The notes under the pieces are model-generated. The model was not told the DNA's origin, made no database searches, and saw nothing but the letters and a program-made list of their open reading frames with translations. From Octopus vulgaris (lineage: Eukaryota), in NCBI GenBank assembly GCA_951406725.2, contig OX597834.1, positions 5,952,001 to 6,016,000 of the forward strand: DNA of 64,000 nucleotides, read 5' to 3'. A program made the position numbers and the translations under genes. This document shows, in pieces, positions 39,460 to 54,631 of the stretch; the stretch's first letter is position 1; each line of letters begins with the position of its first letter.

Positions 39460-39496
39460 CAGAACCGGTTTCAGTCATTTGAGACCTTTTCAACTG
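39460..39496 (-). ncRNA. Minimal hammerhead-like motif, U3-A8 variant (family unrelated to P1)
   Basis: cag-TTGAAAA-ggtc(tcaaat)gact-GAAA-ccgg-TT-ctg; palindromic stem III accggt. Confidence 0.5.
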
Positions 39497-40049
39497 TAAT
39501 GATTAAATAATTGAATTTAGAAAAATTAAAAGGACAGTTTTTTTAAAAGAATATTTGTATAGTGTTCAAATACAAGTGGCATTTTCCTTGTTTCTGCCTT
39601 TCTCTGTCTCTCTTGTTTACTCTTGATATATGATAGAAAATTTAGACAAATATGTATAATTCGATTAGTACGTTTAAATGTTGAGTAGAGCACCAGCACA
39701 GTTTATGCTCCCTGTGGTCATCCATAGTTGTGGTACACTTCTGTTGGATCTACTTCAGGAAATTTGTAGTGGCACTAAGGGTAATAGTACTAACAGATAG
39801 TAGGAGATGGAGTTTGCATTAGGCTTTTATTATTTCTAATATGAAATCTATATCCTACTATGAATTAATACTATTATATATATATGTATATATCATCATG
39901 ATCACCATCATCGTCCTTTAACGTCTATTTTCCATGCTATCATGGGTAGAACAGTTTGACCAGAGCTGCCAAGCAGGGGAACTGCACCAGCCTTGTGAGT
40001 GGATTTGGCAGATGGAAACTGAAAGAAGCCTATTATATATTATTCTGTT

Positions 40050-40251
40050 TTTTTACTATTTTACTTGTTTCAGTAATTTGACTGTGGCCATACTGGAGCA
40101 CCGCTTTTAGTTGAGCAAATCGACGGTAGGACTTATTCTTTGTAAGCCTAGTACTTATTCTATGGGCCTCTTTTACTGAACCGCTAAGTTACAGTTGTCA
40201 AGCGATGTTGGGGGTACAAACACAGACACACAAACATATACACACACATAC

Positions 40252-40283
<32 letters not shown>

Positions 40284-40601
40284 GGTGGTGCCTCAGCATG
40301 GCCACAGCTTGTGAGCTGAAACTAGATAAAATGAAAATGAAAATGAAATATATATATATATATATATATGCTAGCATGGAAAGCGGACGTTAAATGATGA
40401 TGATATATATATACATATATATACATACATATACATATATACGATGGGCTTCTTTCAGTTTCCGTCTACCAGATCCACTCACAAGGCTTTGGTTGGCCCG
40501 AGGCTATAGTAGAAGACACCCAAGGTGCCACGCAGTAGGACTGAACCCGGAACCATGTGGTTGGTAAGCAAGCTACTTACCACACAGCCGCTCCTATGCC
40601 T
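40050..40601 (-). mobile_element. SINE family A with CR1 and family B tail fragments inside its microsatellite
   Basis: Inserts at 40283-40348 (ggtgcctcagcatggccacagcttgtgagctgaaactag(atgaaa)n) and 40369-40403. Confidence 0.82.
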
Positions 40602-40615
40602 ACACACACACACAC

Positions 40616-40647
<32 letters not shown>

Positions 40648-41279
40648 TTGACTCACATCACCTGGTAACTTAGCAGTTCAGCAAAAGAGACTGATAGAAT
40701 AAGTACCAGGGTTAACAGAAAAATAATTACTGGAGTCAATTCATTCGACTAAAAATTCTTCAAGGTGGTTGCCCCAGCATGGTCACAATCTAATGACTGG
40801 AACAAATAAAGAAAATATATCAAAAACATAATTCAAAGTTTGATTCTAACTAAAATGGAAATGTAAATATTGGAACAGCATAAAAATATCAAATATGAAG
40901 AATTTAGTAAAAAAATGCTGTCAAAAGATAAAGTTTCTTTAAAAATTTCTGCAGAAGAATCAGACTTTTGGGGGTAAAAGCTACTTGTGTTTCAACAATT
41001 TTTCAGTAAAACCCTAAAGTATTTACAAACAAAGAAAATCTGAAGTTGTAACAGGGTTTTTCTTGTAAAGTTCAGAGAAAAACGACATGAAAAATATAAT
41101 TTTCTTTTCTTTCAAATTTATGCTGAAGAACAACAAGACTTTAAAAAAATGTTATGTGTATTTCAAAGTGTTTTTGGTTATTTTTCTTTTTTTTTTTTTT
41201 TGTAAAATGCTAAAGTACACAAAGAAATTCAGTGGTTATTTGGAAATTTAAAAGTAAAATTTGCATTTCACTATATGCA

Positions 41280-41304
41280 AATAATAATAATAATGATAAT
41301 AATG

Positions 41305-41356
<52 letters not shown>

Positions 41357-41431
41357 TGATGATAATAAAAATTTGCATTTCACTATATGCAAATAATAAT
41401 AATAATGATAATAATGATAATAATAATAATG

Positions 41432-41483
<52 letters not shown>

Positions 41484-41708
41484 TAATTTGAGTGGGATGG
41501 GTTACTCGACCAGAAGAAAATTCTAACTGGCCCCCAAATGAAAGATCATGCGCTGTTTATCTTGATATGAGATCATCATGTTGCGCACATATGATTGTTA
41601 TGCATGTGCCTAGTGTACCCTTATCAGACGGGTAGTCCTGATAGGTATACTGGACTTTATATATTTTACCCCAGTGTCACTTTGATAGTATGCACTGCTT
41701 TCTCACTC

Positions 41709-41739
<31 letters not shown>

Positions 41740-41955
41740 GTTTCAAATTTTTCCCCAAGGGCAGCAATTTTGTGGGAGGGGATGAATCGATTACATCGAC
41801 CCCAGTGGTCTAATGGTACTTATTTTATCGATCCCAAAAGGATAAAAGGTAAAGTTGCCCTTGGAAGTTTTTGAACTCAGAATGTAGTGGTGGGCAAAAT
41901 ACTGCTAAGAATTTCATCCAATGAACTAATGATTCTGCCAGCTCGCTGCCTTCTC

Positions 41956-41991
<36 letters not shown>

Positions 41992-42349
41992 CTAATAATA
42001 ATAATAATAATAATCTTTTCTACTCTAGGCACAAGGCCTGAAACTTTGAGGGAGGGGGCCAGTCATTTAGACTGACACCAGTATGCAACTAGTACTTAAT
42101 TTATTGACCCCTGATAATCCTTTCTACTGAAGGGACAAGGCCTTGCTATTTTGCAGGTAGGGCCTAGTCGATTGTATCGACCCCAGTGTTCCATTGGTAC
42201 TTAATTTATCAACACCGAAAGGATGAAAGGCAAAGATGAGCTCAGCACAATTTGAGCCCAGAAAGTAGCGATGGGCGAAATAACTCTAAGCTTTTCATCC
42301 AGAGTGCGAAAAATTCTGCCAGCTCACCACCTCAATAATAATGATGATG

Positions 42350-42406
<57 letters not shown>

Positions 42407-42846
42407 TGCTCAATACCACAGATTTGCTTGTCAGTTGTTTGACCTTAACCAGTTGAGAATGCCCCTTAATGGCTGACGATATGTGCATCTCTGATCACGA
42501 GCAGAAATAGTGGGGGAGCATCATAGCCATGTGTTGAGAGGGATTCTTAGGGGTTTGAATAATTCACCTCTGGAAACATGGGTGGTTCTTTCAACATCCT
42601 TAAACAACCCTTATTCAGGGACCGTTTGAGCGTGATGGGCTACTCAACCTGAAGAAAATTCTAACTGGGCCCCACCTGCAAGGTCATGTGCTGTTTATCT
42701 TGATATGAGATCACCATGTCACGCACATATGGTTGTGATGCATGTGCCTGGTGTACCCTTATCAGACGGGTAGTCATGATGGGTATATTGGGTTTCATAT
42801 ATTTTACCCCAGTGTCACTTTGATGGCATGAACTGCTCTCTCACTC

Positions 42847-42890
<44 letters not shown>
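41280..42890. repeat. (TAA)n tract cluster hosting family D elements (41487-41709, 42407-42848) and minus-strand family C-type SINEs
   Basis: Two homologous non-coding units ending ccccagtgtcactttgat...ctcactc(aat)n, each bounded by (TAA)n. Confidence 0.8.
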
Positions 42891-42892
<2 letters not shown>

Positions 42893-43800
42893 GAAGTAAG
42901 AAGGTCAGGCTTGTGAGGTTGCAAAGATAAAGCACTTGACAATGAATGAAATTGAAAATAGGTGGATAAAGAAAAGAATTCATGGACAATTCCTTAGGGA
43001 TGTTGAAGATAAGACAGACAGAGAAAAAAGATGACTATGGATGACTAAAAGTGATTTAAAACCGGAAATGGAGGCTCTAATCTGTGCTACCCAAGAGCAT
43101 TAAGAACCAATTACATCAAATACAGAATAGACAACGCATCAGAAAGTGGTGAGTGCAGAATTTGTGGACAAAATGGTGAAACTGTATGACATATTAGCTG
43201 TCAATGTATGCCATTAGCGTAGAAGGAAATAAGAGATGTTATGACAATATAGCAAGGATTGTCCAGTGGAGACTTGGCAACAAGTTTGGACTTGACAGAG
43301 CAAAAAAGTGATATGAACATAAACCCAAAGGCATCATGGAAAATGATAATGCAAAGACCCTATGGGATTTTATGATTCAGTGCGACCATGAGATAGAGAA
43401 TAGGAAACCAAACATGGTGTTGATTGAGAAAGAAAGCAAATGATGCTGGATCATAGATATAGCATGCCCAGCTGACAACAAGGCATGCGATAAGGAAGAA
43501 AGAAAAGTCAATAGATGTGACAGGTTAGCTTGGGAGGTTAAGCAGTTGTGGTCGATGAAAAAGGTTGTAGTAGTATCAATAATTGTCAGAGTTCTGGGAA
43601 CAGCAAGTAAAATTCTTGAGAAGTATATGCAACACATAGGGACTGCAATAAGGGTGAAGTACTTGCAGAAAACAGCACTGCTTGTAACTGCTCAAATACT
43701 TCGGATGGTGCTTGAAAAATAAGGGGTGTTACCTTAGTTCAATGGCAGGGAACAGCTGACACCATAGTACATCTCCAGTGTTAGAAGCTGTACAAAGACA
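42891..43800 (+). mobile_element. R4/Dong-like non-LTR retrotransposon 3' part (zinc knuckle plus RLE)
   Basis: WMTKSDLKPEMEALICATQE..LRTNYIK..CRICGQNGETV*HI..C..LWDFMIQCDHEIENRKPN..IIDIACPAD..LQKTALLVTAQILR; both ends in (TAA)n. Confidence 0.9.
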
Positions 43801-43839
43801 ATAATAATAACAATAACAATAATAATAATTATCATTATA

Positions 43840-44240
43840 ATTTCAAATTTTCTTTGCCACAAGGGCAGCTTGGGGGAGGTGGGGATGAGTCGATTACATC
43901 GACCCCAATGTTCAACTGGTACTTATTTTATCAATTCTGAATGGATGAAAGGCAAAGTTGACCTCAGAGGAATTTGAACTCATAAGGTAGCAATGGATAA
44001 AATACCTGTTTCTTTACTACCCACAAGGGGCTAAACACAGCGGGGACAAACAAGGACAGACAAACGGATTTAAGTCGATTATATCGACCCCAGTGCGTAA
44101 CTGGTACTTAATTTATCGACCCCGAAAGGATGAAAGGCAAAGTCGACCTCGGCGGAATTTGAACTCAGAATGTAACGTCAGACAAAATGCCACAAAGCAT
44201 TTCATCCAGCGTGCTAACGATTCTGCCAGCTCGCCGCCTT
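43840..44240 (-). mobile_element. Two joined family C SINEs
   Basis: Young copy 44004-44238 abuts an older copy at aaagaaacaggt|attt. Confidence 0.85.
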
Positions 44241-44804
44241 AATAATAATGACGATGATGATGATGATAATAACTTGACTATAATGAAATATATATTCATT
44301 AAAAATACTGTCAAAGAACCTGAAGAGTTTTAAACATATATGAATGACACCGGGAATTGTACATTTTGGAATTCCTTGCAGAGTACAAAGAGTTCTGGTC
44401 TTTTGCTTATCAAGGAATTTCCTAACTGATAAAAAGAACATGGTCCCTTGCATATCCCAGATTCTCTAAGACTAGAGTTCAATTCCATTGTTTTTTATAA
44501 GGGTTTCAACAGGTAGATATATTCAGGTGAAATCAGGATTCACTAGAAAAAGATTAATTATTCAAGTGTGATTTCAGATACTTAATTTATTTAAATGAGC
44601 ATAACAATCGTTATTTCGATTGAATTCAACTTCTTCCTTGAGGACCAGAAGTCAGTTTCTTTGGACTCGTGAACCATTCTGCTCTGTCAGATTTCATTTA
44701 CCTGATAAGGTGTAAACATTTTTGCTTTTCTCCCCAGTGTATTCTCAGGTATTTAGTTTGCACAATATGAGTAGAAAAAAGAATTTTAAAACTGCTTTGC
44801 ACAA

Positions 44805-45022
44805 ACTCTCTCTCTCTCTACTCTTTTACTTGTTTCAGTCATTTGACTGCGGCCATGCTGGAGCACCGCCTTCAATCGAGCAACTCGACCCCGGGACTTA
44901 TTCTTTTGTAAGCCCAGTACTTATTCTATCGGTCTCTTTTGCCGAACCGCTAGGTAACGGGGACATAAACACACCAGCATCGGTTGTCAAGCAATGCTAG
45001 GGGCACAAACACAGACACACAA

Positions 45023-45055
<33 letters not shown>

Positions 45056-45215
45056 CATATATACGACAGGCTTCTTTCAGTTTCTGTCTACCAAATCCAC
45101 TCACAAGTCTTTGGTCGGCCCGAGGCTATAGTAGAAGACACTTGACCAAGGTGCCACGCAGTGGGACTGAACCCGGAACCATGTAGTTGGTAAACAAGCT
45201 ACTTACCACACAGCC
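44805..45215 (-). mobile_element. SINE family A
   Basis: Family A consensus on minus. Confidence 0.92.
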
Positions 45216-45927
45216 AATCCAAACTGTTTCAAAACCTCTGTAATCCTATCACAACACACCACATTTGTAAATTTCAGTTTTTATTGGGTTTCGATGGCTG
45301 TTTCTATTTCCTAATATCTACCACTTCAGAGTGTGTTTTCTGGGTACATTTTATATGTCACCAGGGCTATAGTCGTAATGTATGCTTTTTCAAAGCTATT
45401 TCTATAAAATTTCATTGAAAAGAATACCCTATTTTGTGAATTTTCCGAAGTCCTCCCCCCACCCCCTTGGAAAAGATTTTCCCCACAAATTTCTTTATAA
45501 TTGTAATGTATGCTGTTTCAAAGGTACTTCTGTAAAATTTCTTTGAAAAACAAAACACATTTTCTTAAAAGTTACGAGGAAAAAGCTTGGATCTTATGAA
45601 TTTTCTTAAGTCCTCTCCCTACCCCCCCCCCGTTGCTTTGTATGCATTTTCTTTTTTAATATTCGTTTCCTTCACATTGTTTTACACCCATTCCAATATA
45701 CATTTTGGATTTTCATTTCTGGGTCAAAATTTGTATATTCGGAATTCTACATGATATAACACATATTTGTAGAAAATTTCCTTAAAAAAATAATCGATTT
45801 TTCTGAAAGTTATGATCATCCAAAGATGGGGGAGGGGGCAGTAGAAATCTGTAGTTATGCTCTGTTGACAGCTGATCAATGAAATGAAATCTCTGTATGA
45901 AACTTTTTCTCACACACGCACACACAG

Positions 45928-45969
<42 letters not shown>

Positions 45970-46439
45970 ACACACACTCACATAGGTGTATATCTTACAC
46001 AAACAGGAAGCCAGAGGAGAACATAAAAAATGCAAGTACCTTTAGAAATTCTTTTTTCTATCAGAAATCATCACAACCATAATGATGTATACATATGTGT
46101 GTGTGTAAATAGCTGGTTAGGACACCAAATACAGGAAGTTCAAACACAGGGAGTTGAGAAAACAATTTAAAGAAGTGAATCTTTATATATAGAGCAATAT
46201 TATTTATTTTCAAAAAAAAAAATAATAGATACTGAATGAGGCTGGTGCTGGTATGTTTACAACCCCGTAACTTAGCAGTTCAGCAAAAGAAACTGATAGA
46301 ATAAGTACCAGGATTTAATAAAACAAGTATTGGGGTCAATTTGTTTAACTAAATTTTTTCAAGATGTGACCACAGTATGGCCACAGTCAAAAGAATGAAA
46401 CGGTTAAAAGATAGACTATATACCATGTATTATAATAAA

Positions 46440-46631
46440 ATATCTTAAGTATACCCTGTCTGTGTGTCAATTTGTTGGATCAATCTAAATTGGGGTATAT
46501 CAATAATGAGACCGCATTATTCTTTCCAAGGTCAAATTATTGATGTACCCCAAACATGGTACAGATTGATCCAGAGGTTTGAGCATGCATTGAGGGGACA
46601 CACAGACAGGATATTTTATGTATTAAGATAT
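46440..46631. mobile_element. Short palindromic MITE-like element (partial second copy 46716-46782)
   Basis: atcttaa..cctgtctgtgtgtc..ggatcaatct..ttggggtatatcaataat mirrored by attattgatgtaccccaa..agattgatcc..gacacacagacagg..ttaagat. Confidence 0.6.
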
Positions 46632-47019
46632 ACATACATACCTTCACATATATATATGCATACATATATAGTCTATCTTTTAACTGTTTCAGTCTAATAA
46701 ATTGACCCCAATACTTGGGACCGCATTATTCTTTCCAAGGTCAAATTATTGATGTACCCCAAACATGGTCCAGATTGATCCAGCACCAGTTGACAAGCAG
46801 TGGTGGGGAACACATATACACACACAGAATGGGCCTCATTCAGTGTCTGTCTATTAGATCTACTCACAAGTCTTTGGTGAGCCCGAGGCTAAACTAGAAG
46901 GTATTTGTTCCCAAGGTGCCACACAGTGGGTTGAGAAGCAAATTTCTTACCACACAGTCACACCAAGCATTCAGATGTTTGGCACAAACCTTAGTTGTGT
47001 CAATTGTTTAGATAACATT

Positions 47020-47830
47020 TTAGGCCTATAACCCAACAGTTTTAGGCAAAATCATAGGTGTAACAAAGGTTATTTTATATTAATAAGGATTCCACCCACC
47101 CTCTCTCTATATATTAAGAACATAGTTTATAGCATAAATAAATGAATCTCCTTCATGTCAGCCGATGAGTTATCTTTTAACAAGGCCTCTTTGAACTGCA
47201 ATTACACTCTTAGGAATAGCATATTCCCCAAGCAAGTTCATTATATAGGCAGGGAAAATAACCCTATGCAATTTTGCTGAACTAGGACTAGAAAAGTGTT
47301 GTGGTTCAACCTTGTATTGATATGAATGTCAAGAATAATGTAGCTAAAGAATTTTTAACTTTAACACGTAGGCATTTTCTGAGGAACCATAAGTATTATA
47401 AAATTTTTAACAGAAGAACCTTGAAAGTTAGTTAATTTTGCAGCAAGATGCTTGCTTCATTTGTTCCCCAATCCATTGTAAGTGTACTTGAGGAGTTAAA
47501 TGGTTATGATGACAGTCTTAAGTGCAATTGTAAAGACCCTATTAGCTGTCCCTCATGCACCAAAGCCAAGGAAAACAGCTTCAAGACAAGATTTCAACTA
47601 CACAAAAATTCATTTAAATATCCAGAAAACAGGTCATCAACATCTTTGTCAAAGTATCTATGGCAATTAAAAGAAACTGGGTCAGCTTTTCTCAAAATCT
47701 AGCATGGGTTCTACCACTTTTATGAAATGCCTGGTATGATTAAATGAAGAATTTTTTTTCCTATTTCAAGACAAATTGGCTTCCAACCACAAGTCTGAAC
47801 TACTGAACTGTTGTTGGCATTTCCAGTTTA
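47020..47830 (+). mobile_element. Decayed Penelope-like element (RT thumb to GIY-YIG)
   Basis: Remnants YINKDSTHP, VLWFN, KIFNRRTLKVS, CNCKDPISCP, FKTRFQLHKNSF..STSLSKYLWQLKE. Confidence 0.8.
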
Positions 47831-48747
47831 TTTCAAAACCTTTACTACCAAATGGTTAATATATCAACCTAAGCGTTACCACTTCTCACCATAATATTTG
47901 CATTACTGTTTTTATTCTAACTTTGAATTTGTTGGATGCATTTTAATAATTTTATAATCTTTAATGGTTTCCTTCCAAGTATCATATTTCATCTATATAA
48001 TTTCATATAAACACAGAGTGATATATAAATATATAATTATATATAGTTTATATAAATGTATAATTTTATAAGTGTTTTTGATTTTAGCCTTTCATCTTTT
48101 AATACAAACTTTTATTGATCAAAATACAAAATGCACACATATGTTTTTATATTATTCTATTTTATTATTCATCATTTTAAAATTTATTACACTTACCTTA
48201 AATTAAGTGGATTGATTTTTTTTTGACACATCCCGATACATACATTTTTTCCATATCATTACACATTCAAAATTTAATTTCAACGCATCTATTTCAGTTG
48301 TCATTTTTTTTCTGTCTGTGCATCCATGATTTTATCTTTATCTCTTTTTTTACATTTAAATCCCTATTTATTGCATGCTTACTAAAACTTCCACTCCATC
48401 CTTGCGCTTTTGTCTATTCATATTTTCTAGGAGTTGTCAGTTATAGCCATTTGTATCTTTTAACCTGACTCTCATCCCCTCCCAGTTTTGTTTTTCCATG
48501 TCCTTTTCCTTTTTCTTTTCCCCTTCCATTTTCTTTCCCTTTCTTTCTCCCTATTTTTTCGCTTCTATGCATTTTTTTCTTTCTTCCAAATCTGCATCTC
48601 CATCTTTATAGTACGCCTATGGATTATTTGTTTTTGTTTTTACCTTCTGTTTTTCATGAAAATCATTGGCCCCTGTCTTAATTTCTTCTTTTAATTTTAT
48701 CACTTTCAGCAAGTTTTAATACATAAAAGGACTGTATCATCACTGTT

Positions 48748-50425
<1,678 letters not shown>

Positions 50426-50525
50426 ATATAAGTAAAAAGTTGGAATTTATATATCATATTTAATTCATTAATGATGCATGTTTTTCAACACTAGATGTAA
50501 TATGCATTATATGAATACAGATATT

Positions 50526-50848
50526 CATCATCATCATCGTTTAACGTCCGCTTTCCATGCTAGCATGGGTTGGACGGTTCAACTGGGGTCTGGCAATCCT
50601 GAAGGCTGCACCAGGCCAGTCAGATCTGGCAGTGTTTCTACAGCTGGATGCCCTTCCTAACGCCAACCACTCCGAGAGTGTAGTGGGTGATTTTATGTGC
50701 CACCGACACAGGTGCCAGACGAGGCTAGCAGACGGTCACGCTCGAATGGTGTTTTTTATGTGCCACCGACACAGGTGCCAGACGAGGCTGGCAGACGGCC
50801 ACGCTCGGATGGTGTTTTTTATGTGCCACCGACACAGGTGCCAGACTC
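50526..50848 (-). mobile_element. SINE family B with about 2.5 copies of a 63-bp internal tandem repeat
   Basis: tttatgtgccaccgacacaggtgccagac at about 50692, 50755 and 50818. Confidence 0.85.
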
Positions 50849-51329
50849 ATAATATAGTAATATACTTCTTTCTACTATACACACAAGGGCCAAAATTTTT
50901 AAGGGGGGGGGCAGGGGAATAGTTAATTACATTGATACCAGTGCTCAACTGTTGTGTGTTTTTTTTTACTCCCAAAACATAAAAAGCAAAGTTGCCTTTT
51001 GTGGAATTTGAACTCAGAACCTAAAGATACACAAAAAGCCACGACATATTTCTCTGACATACTAACGATTTTATCAGCTGACCATCTTATAATTTTATAC
51101 CATATTATTTTAAATGTAAACCAAATGCATTTCTTCAGTCTCAAAACTAATAACACTGAACATCCAACTGAGACATTTTAATCCCTTTTTTATCTGATAT
51201 ATATATGCTGTGTGTGTGTGTACATACATGTATGTATACATATATACATACATATAAACACACACATATGTATCTGTCTGTATATGTATATGTGTGTGTG
51301 TGTGTATATATATATATATTTATATATAT

Positions 51330-51475
51330 AAACACATAAATGTGAAACAAGGTGGAAAAAAGAGTACTCAAATATCAAAGGTAGAGTAATATGCTTTATT
51401 TAAAAGCAGCAGAAATATAACAAAAGCTGTTACTCGGAGTTTCATGTTCCTGTTCGTCGGACAGTTTTGTTTTTA
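51330..51475 (-). mobile_element. Family P3 pLTR-like arm with hammerhead motif (51421-51469)
   Basis: aaaactgt-CCGACGA-acaggaacat-GAAA-ctc(c)gag-TA-acagctttt; homologous to 58200-58388. Confidence 0.65.
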
Positions 51476-52329
51476 AGACACTTGCCCAAGGTGCCACACA
51501 GTGGGACTGAACCCAGAACCAGGTGGTTGGAAGCAAGCTTCTTACCATACAGCCATTCTCCACATTCATACATACATCTAGCAATAACTTTAAGAATATT
51601 TGTAGAAAATTTTATCTAAAGTAATAATAAATCTCTGTGCGGGGCACAGAAAGTGTGTCAATAGCCAGCTGGAGGTTGTGTCCACCTGGGTCTACAAGCT
51701 ATAGTAGCATCCACCCTTAAGGGTTAGCCACATTTAAGTAGCAAATATACTTCACGATTTATCAAAAGCGTATTGGTCAAAAGATATATTCATGGAAAGA
51801 CATATCTGTCAAAAAAAAAAAAAAAGAAATTGATTGAAAGCATATTAGTCAAAGAGAAAGGTAGAACAGTCATTAATACTTTTATATTTTTCAAAGAAAT
51901 AGGTAAAAAAAAATAACATGTATTAAAAGTTAATGAAATGACTTATTGATATTTAATCACCTGTCATAACGTTTTAATTTTCTGAAATTTTGAAATCGTT
52001 AATATATAAACCAGAATTAATAGATTACACATAATCTATAAAATTTGATTTCAGGTTGAAGAAATTATATGCAATAACTATAAACTATAAACATTCGAGT
52101 TACTAAATTACTGTGTGACCAACATTAGAATGATTTAGTGAGGTTGACTGTTTAACTACCAGCAGAGCGCTGGTTTCTATTGATTGTTCTGGTTGAGTAC
52201 TTATGTTAGAAGTGGTTATTAGCTGGCTGATAGGTGGCGAGGACAGGAATTTCTAGCATTGTGAATTGAAAAGTCTGCAGCATTGAGTTATATATCTTTA
52301 GCTTCTATGATCAAATTCTACCATCTTTT

Positions 52330-52710
52330 ATATTTCTTTCAGTCATTAAACTGCGACCATGCTGGGGCACTATGTTAGAGAACTTTTAGTTGAATGAAGC
52401 AACCCCTGTACTTCCTTTTTTAAGCCTGCTTGCTTATCGATCTCTTTTGCCAAACCACTAAGTTACAGGGGGGCATAAACACACCAACACCAATTGTCAA
52501 GCAGTGGTAGGGGACAAACAGACACAAAAACACACACACACACACATACATTATATACGATGGGTTTCTATCAGTTTCCATCTGCCAAATCCATTCAGAA
52601 GATTTTGTACGCCCTAAGGCATTAATAAAAGACACTTGCCCAAGGTGTCACACAATGGGACTGAACCTGAAACTATGTGGTTGTGGAACAAGCTTCTTAC
52701 TACACAACCA
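52330..52710 (-). mobile_element. Older SINE family A
   Basis: Diverged family A on minus. Confidence 0.8.
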
Positions 52711-52994
52711 CTTGGCTTGTCATCCTTTGCAAGTCAATAAAATTAGTCTAATTATTGGAAAAATCTAATCAACTACACTTCACTCATAAAGGTCATTTAC
52801 CTATGTTCATTAGAGTTCATTATTCTCATTAGTTTGATTACTATAAACTGGACAAATCATTTGTATTGCAGAATAGAACACTTTGTGTCATTTCTTCAGT
52901 TTCCACAATCTTGATTTCAAATTCCTCTGAGGCTGACTTTACCTTTCATCCTTCTGGGGTTTATTAAATAAATAACAGTTGAACACTAGGGTTG

Positions 52995-53333
52995 ATATTT
53001 CGTTTTTGGATTTGGTTTGCAAGATTCTTTAAATGAGTTCGTGTGTTGGAGCATATTCTGTTGTGTCTGGGGAGAGTCATTTTCTTTTTGTGCCTTATAA
53101 TGTAACACACTCACCAGTAAAATTTCCTCTTTTTTCTTATTTTTATTTTCCTAAAATTTTCGTTGCATCTTACAATCTTTTCAGTAGTTTAGAGAGTCAA
53201 AACTATTGAAAAGGTTGCAAGATGCAACGAAAATTTTAGGGAAATAAAGATAAGAAAAAAGTGGATATTTTACCGGTGAGTGTGTTTCACTATAAGGCGC
53301 AAAAAGAAAATGACTCTCCCCAGACCCAACAGA
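52995..53333. mobile_element. Family P1 inverted-repeat element, copy 3
   Basis: TSD actagggttg (52985-52994, 53334-53343); complete U3-A8 hammerhead-like motif at 53203-53239 (+); inserted in a family C-type SINE. Confidence 0.82.
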
Positions 53334-53567
53334 ACTAGGGTTGGTGTTATTGACTTTCTTCTTTACTTAAAATTCCAGGCCTTCAGCTTATAGTAGAAAG
53401 AATTATATTATTGTCAGAATCACAAAAGAGCAGAGAAAATGTCTTGCTATATTTCCTGCAACACTGTTCCTTCTGATTTCAAATCCTGCTGAGGTTAATA
53501 TTGCCTTTCAGTTTAAGGCAGTGAATTCGCAGAATCATGATGGACAAAATGTTTAGCAGCATCTTTA

Positions 53568-53798
53568 TACTCTTACTCTTTACTCTTTTACTTGTTTCAG
53601 TCATTTGACTGCGGCCATGCTGGAGCACCGCCTTTAGTCGATCAAATCGACCCCGGGACTTATTCTTTGTAAGCCCAGTACTTATTCTATCGGTCTCTTT
53701 TACCGAACCGCTAAGTGACGGGGACGTAAACACACCAGCATCGGTTGTCAAGCAATGCTAGGGGGACAAACACAGACACACAAACATATACACACACA

Positions 53799-53862
<64 letters not shown>

Positions 53863-54030
53863 TATATACGACAGGCTTCTTTCAGTTTCCGTCTACCAAA
53901 TCCACTCACAAGGCATTGGTCGGCCCGGGGCTATAGCAGAAGACGCTTGCCCAAGATGCCATGCAGTGGGACTGAACCTGCAACCATGTGGTTGGTTATC
54001 AAGCTACTTACCACACAGCCACTCTTGCGC
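53568..54030 (-). mobile_element. SINE family A
   Basis: Family A consensus on minus. Confidence 0.92.
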
Positions 54031-54527
54031 TTATCCGGATTTATTTTCTGAGTTCAAATTCCTCTCAAGTTGACTTTACCTTTCATCCTTTGGGGTCGAT
54101 AAAATAAGTACAAATTGAACACTCGGGTTGTTGTAACCTACTTACACCCTCCCCTAAATTTGCTGGCCTTGGGCCAAAATTTGAAACCAATATTGCCTTT
54201 TACCATTTCAGCCTAGATAAAATAAAATACTTGTTAAGTACTAGGATCAATGGCATTGGCTAACCCTCTCCCTTCAAAATATCTGGTTTTGTGCCCAAAC
54301 CAGAAAATATTATTAAGGCAGCAAGCTGGCCAAATCATTGGTGCAAAGGAAGAAGCTGCTTAGCAACACTGCTTTGAGCTCTTTATGTTTTGAGTTCAAA
54401 TATTGCCATTGTCAACTTGACTTTCACCTTTTGGGGGTTGATAAAATAAGGTACCAGTGAAATATTAGGGATGATGTAATCGATTTACACCTCACCCTAG
54501 CATTGCTGGCCTTGTGCCAAACTTTGA

Positions 54528-54578
<51 letters not shown>

Positions 54579-54631
54579 TATAATAATTATTATTATTATT
54601 ATTATTACTATGATTATTATTATTATTATTA

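Noticed and set aside
44290-44805. Possible decayed coding fragment
   Set aside because: No consistent motif in any frame that I could recognise.
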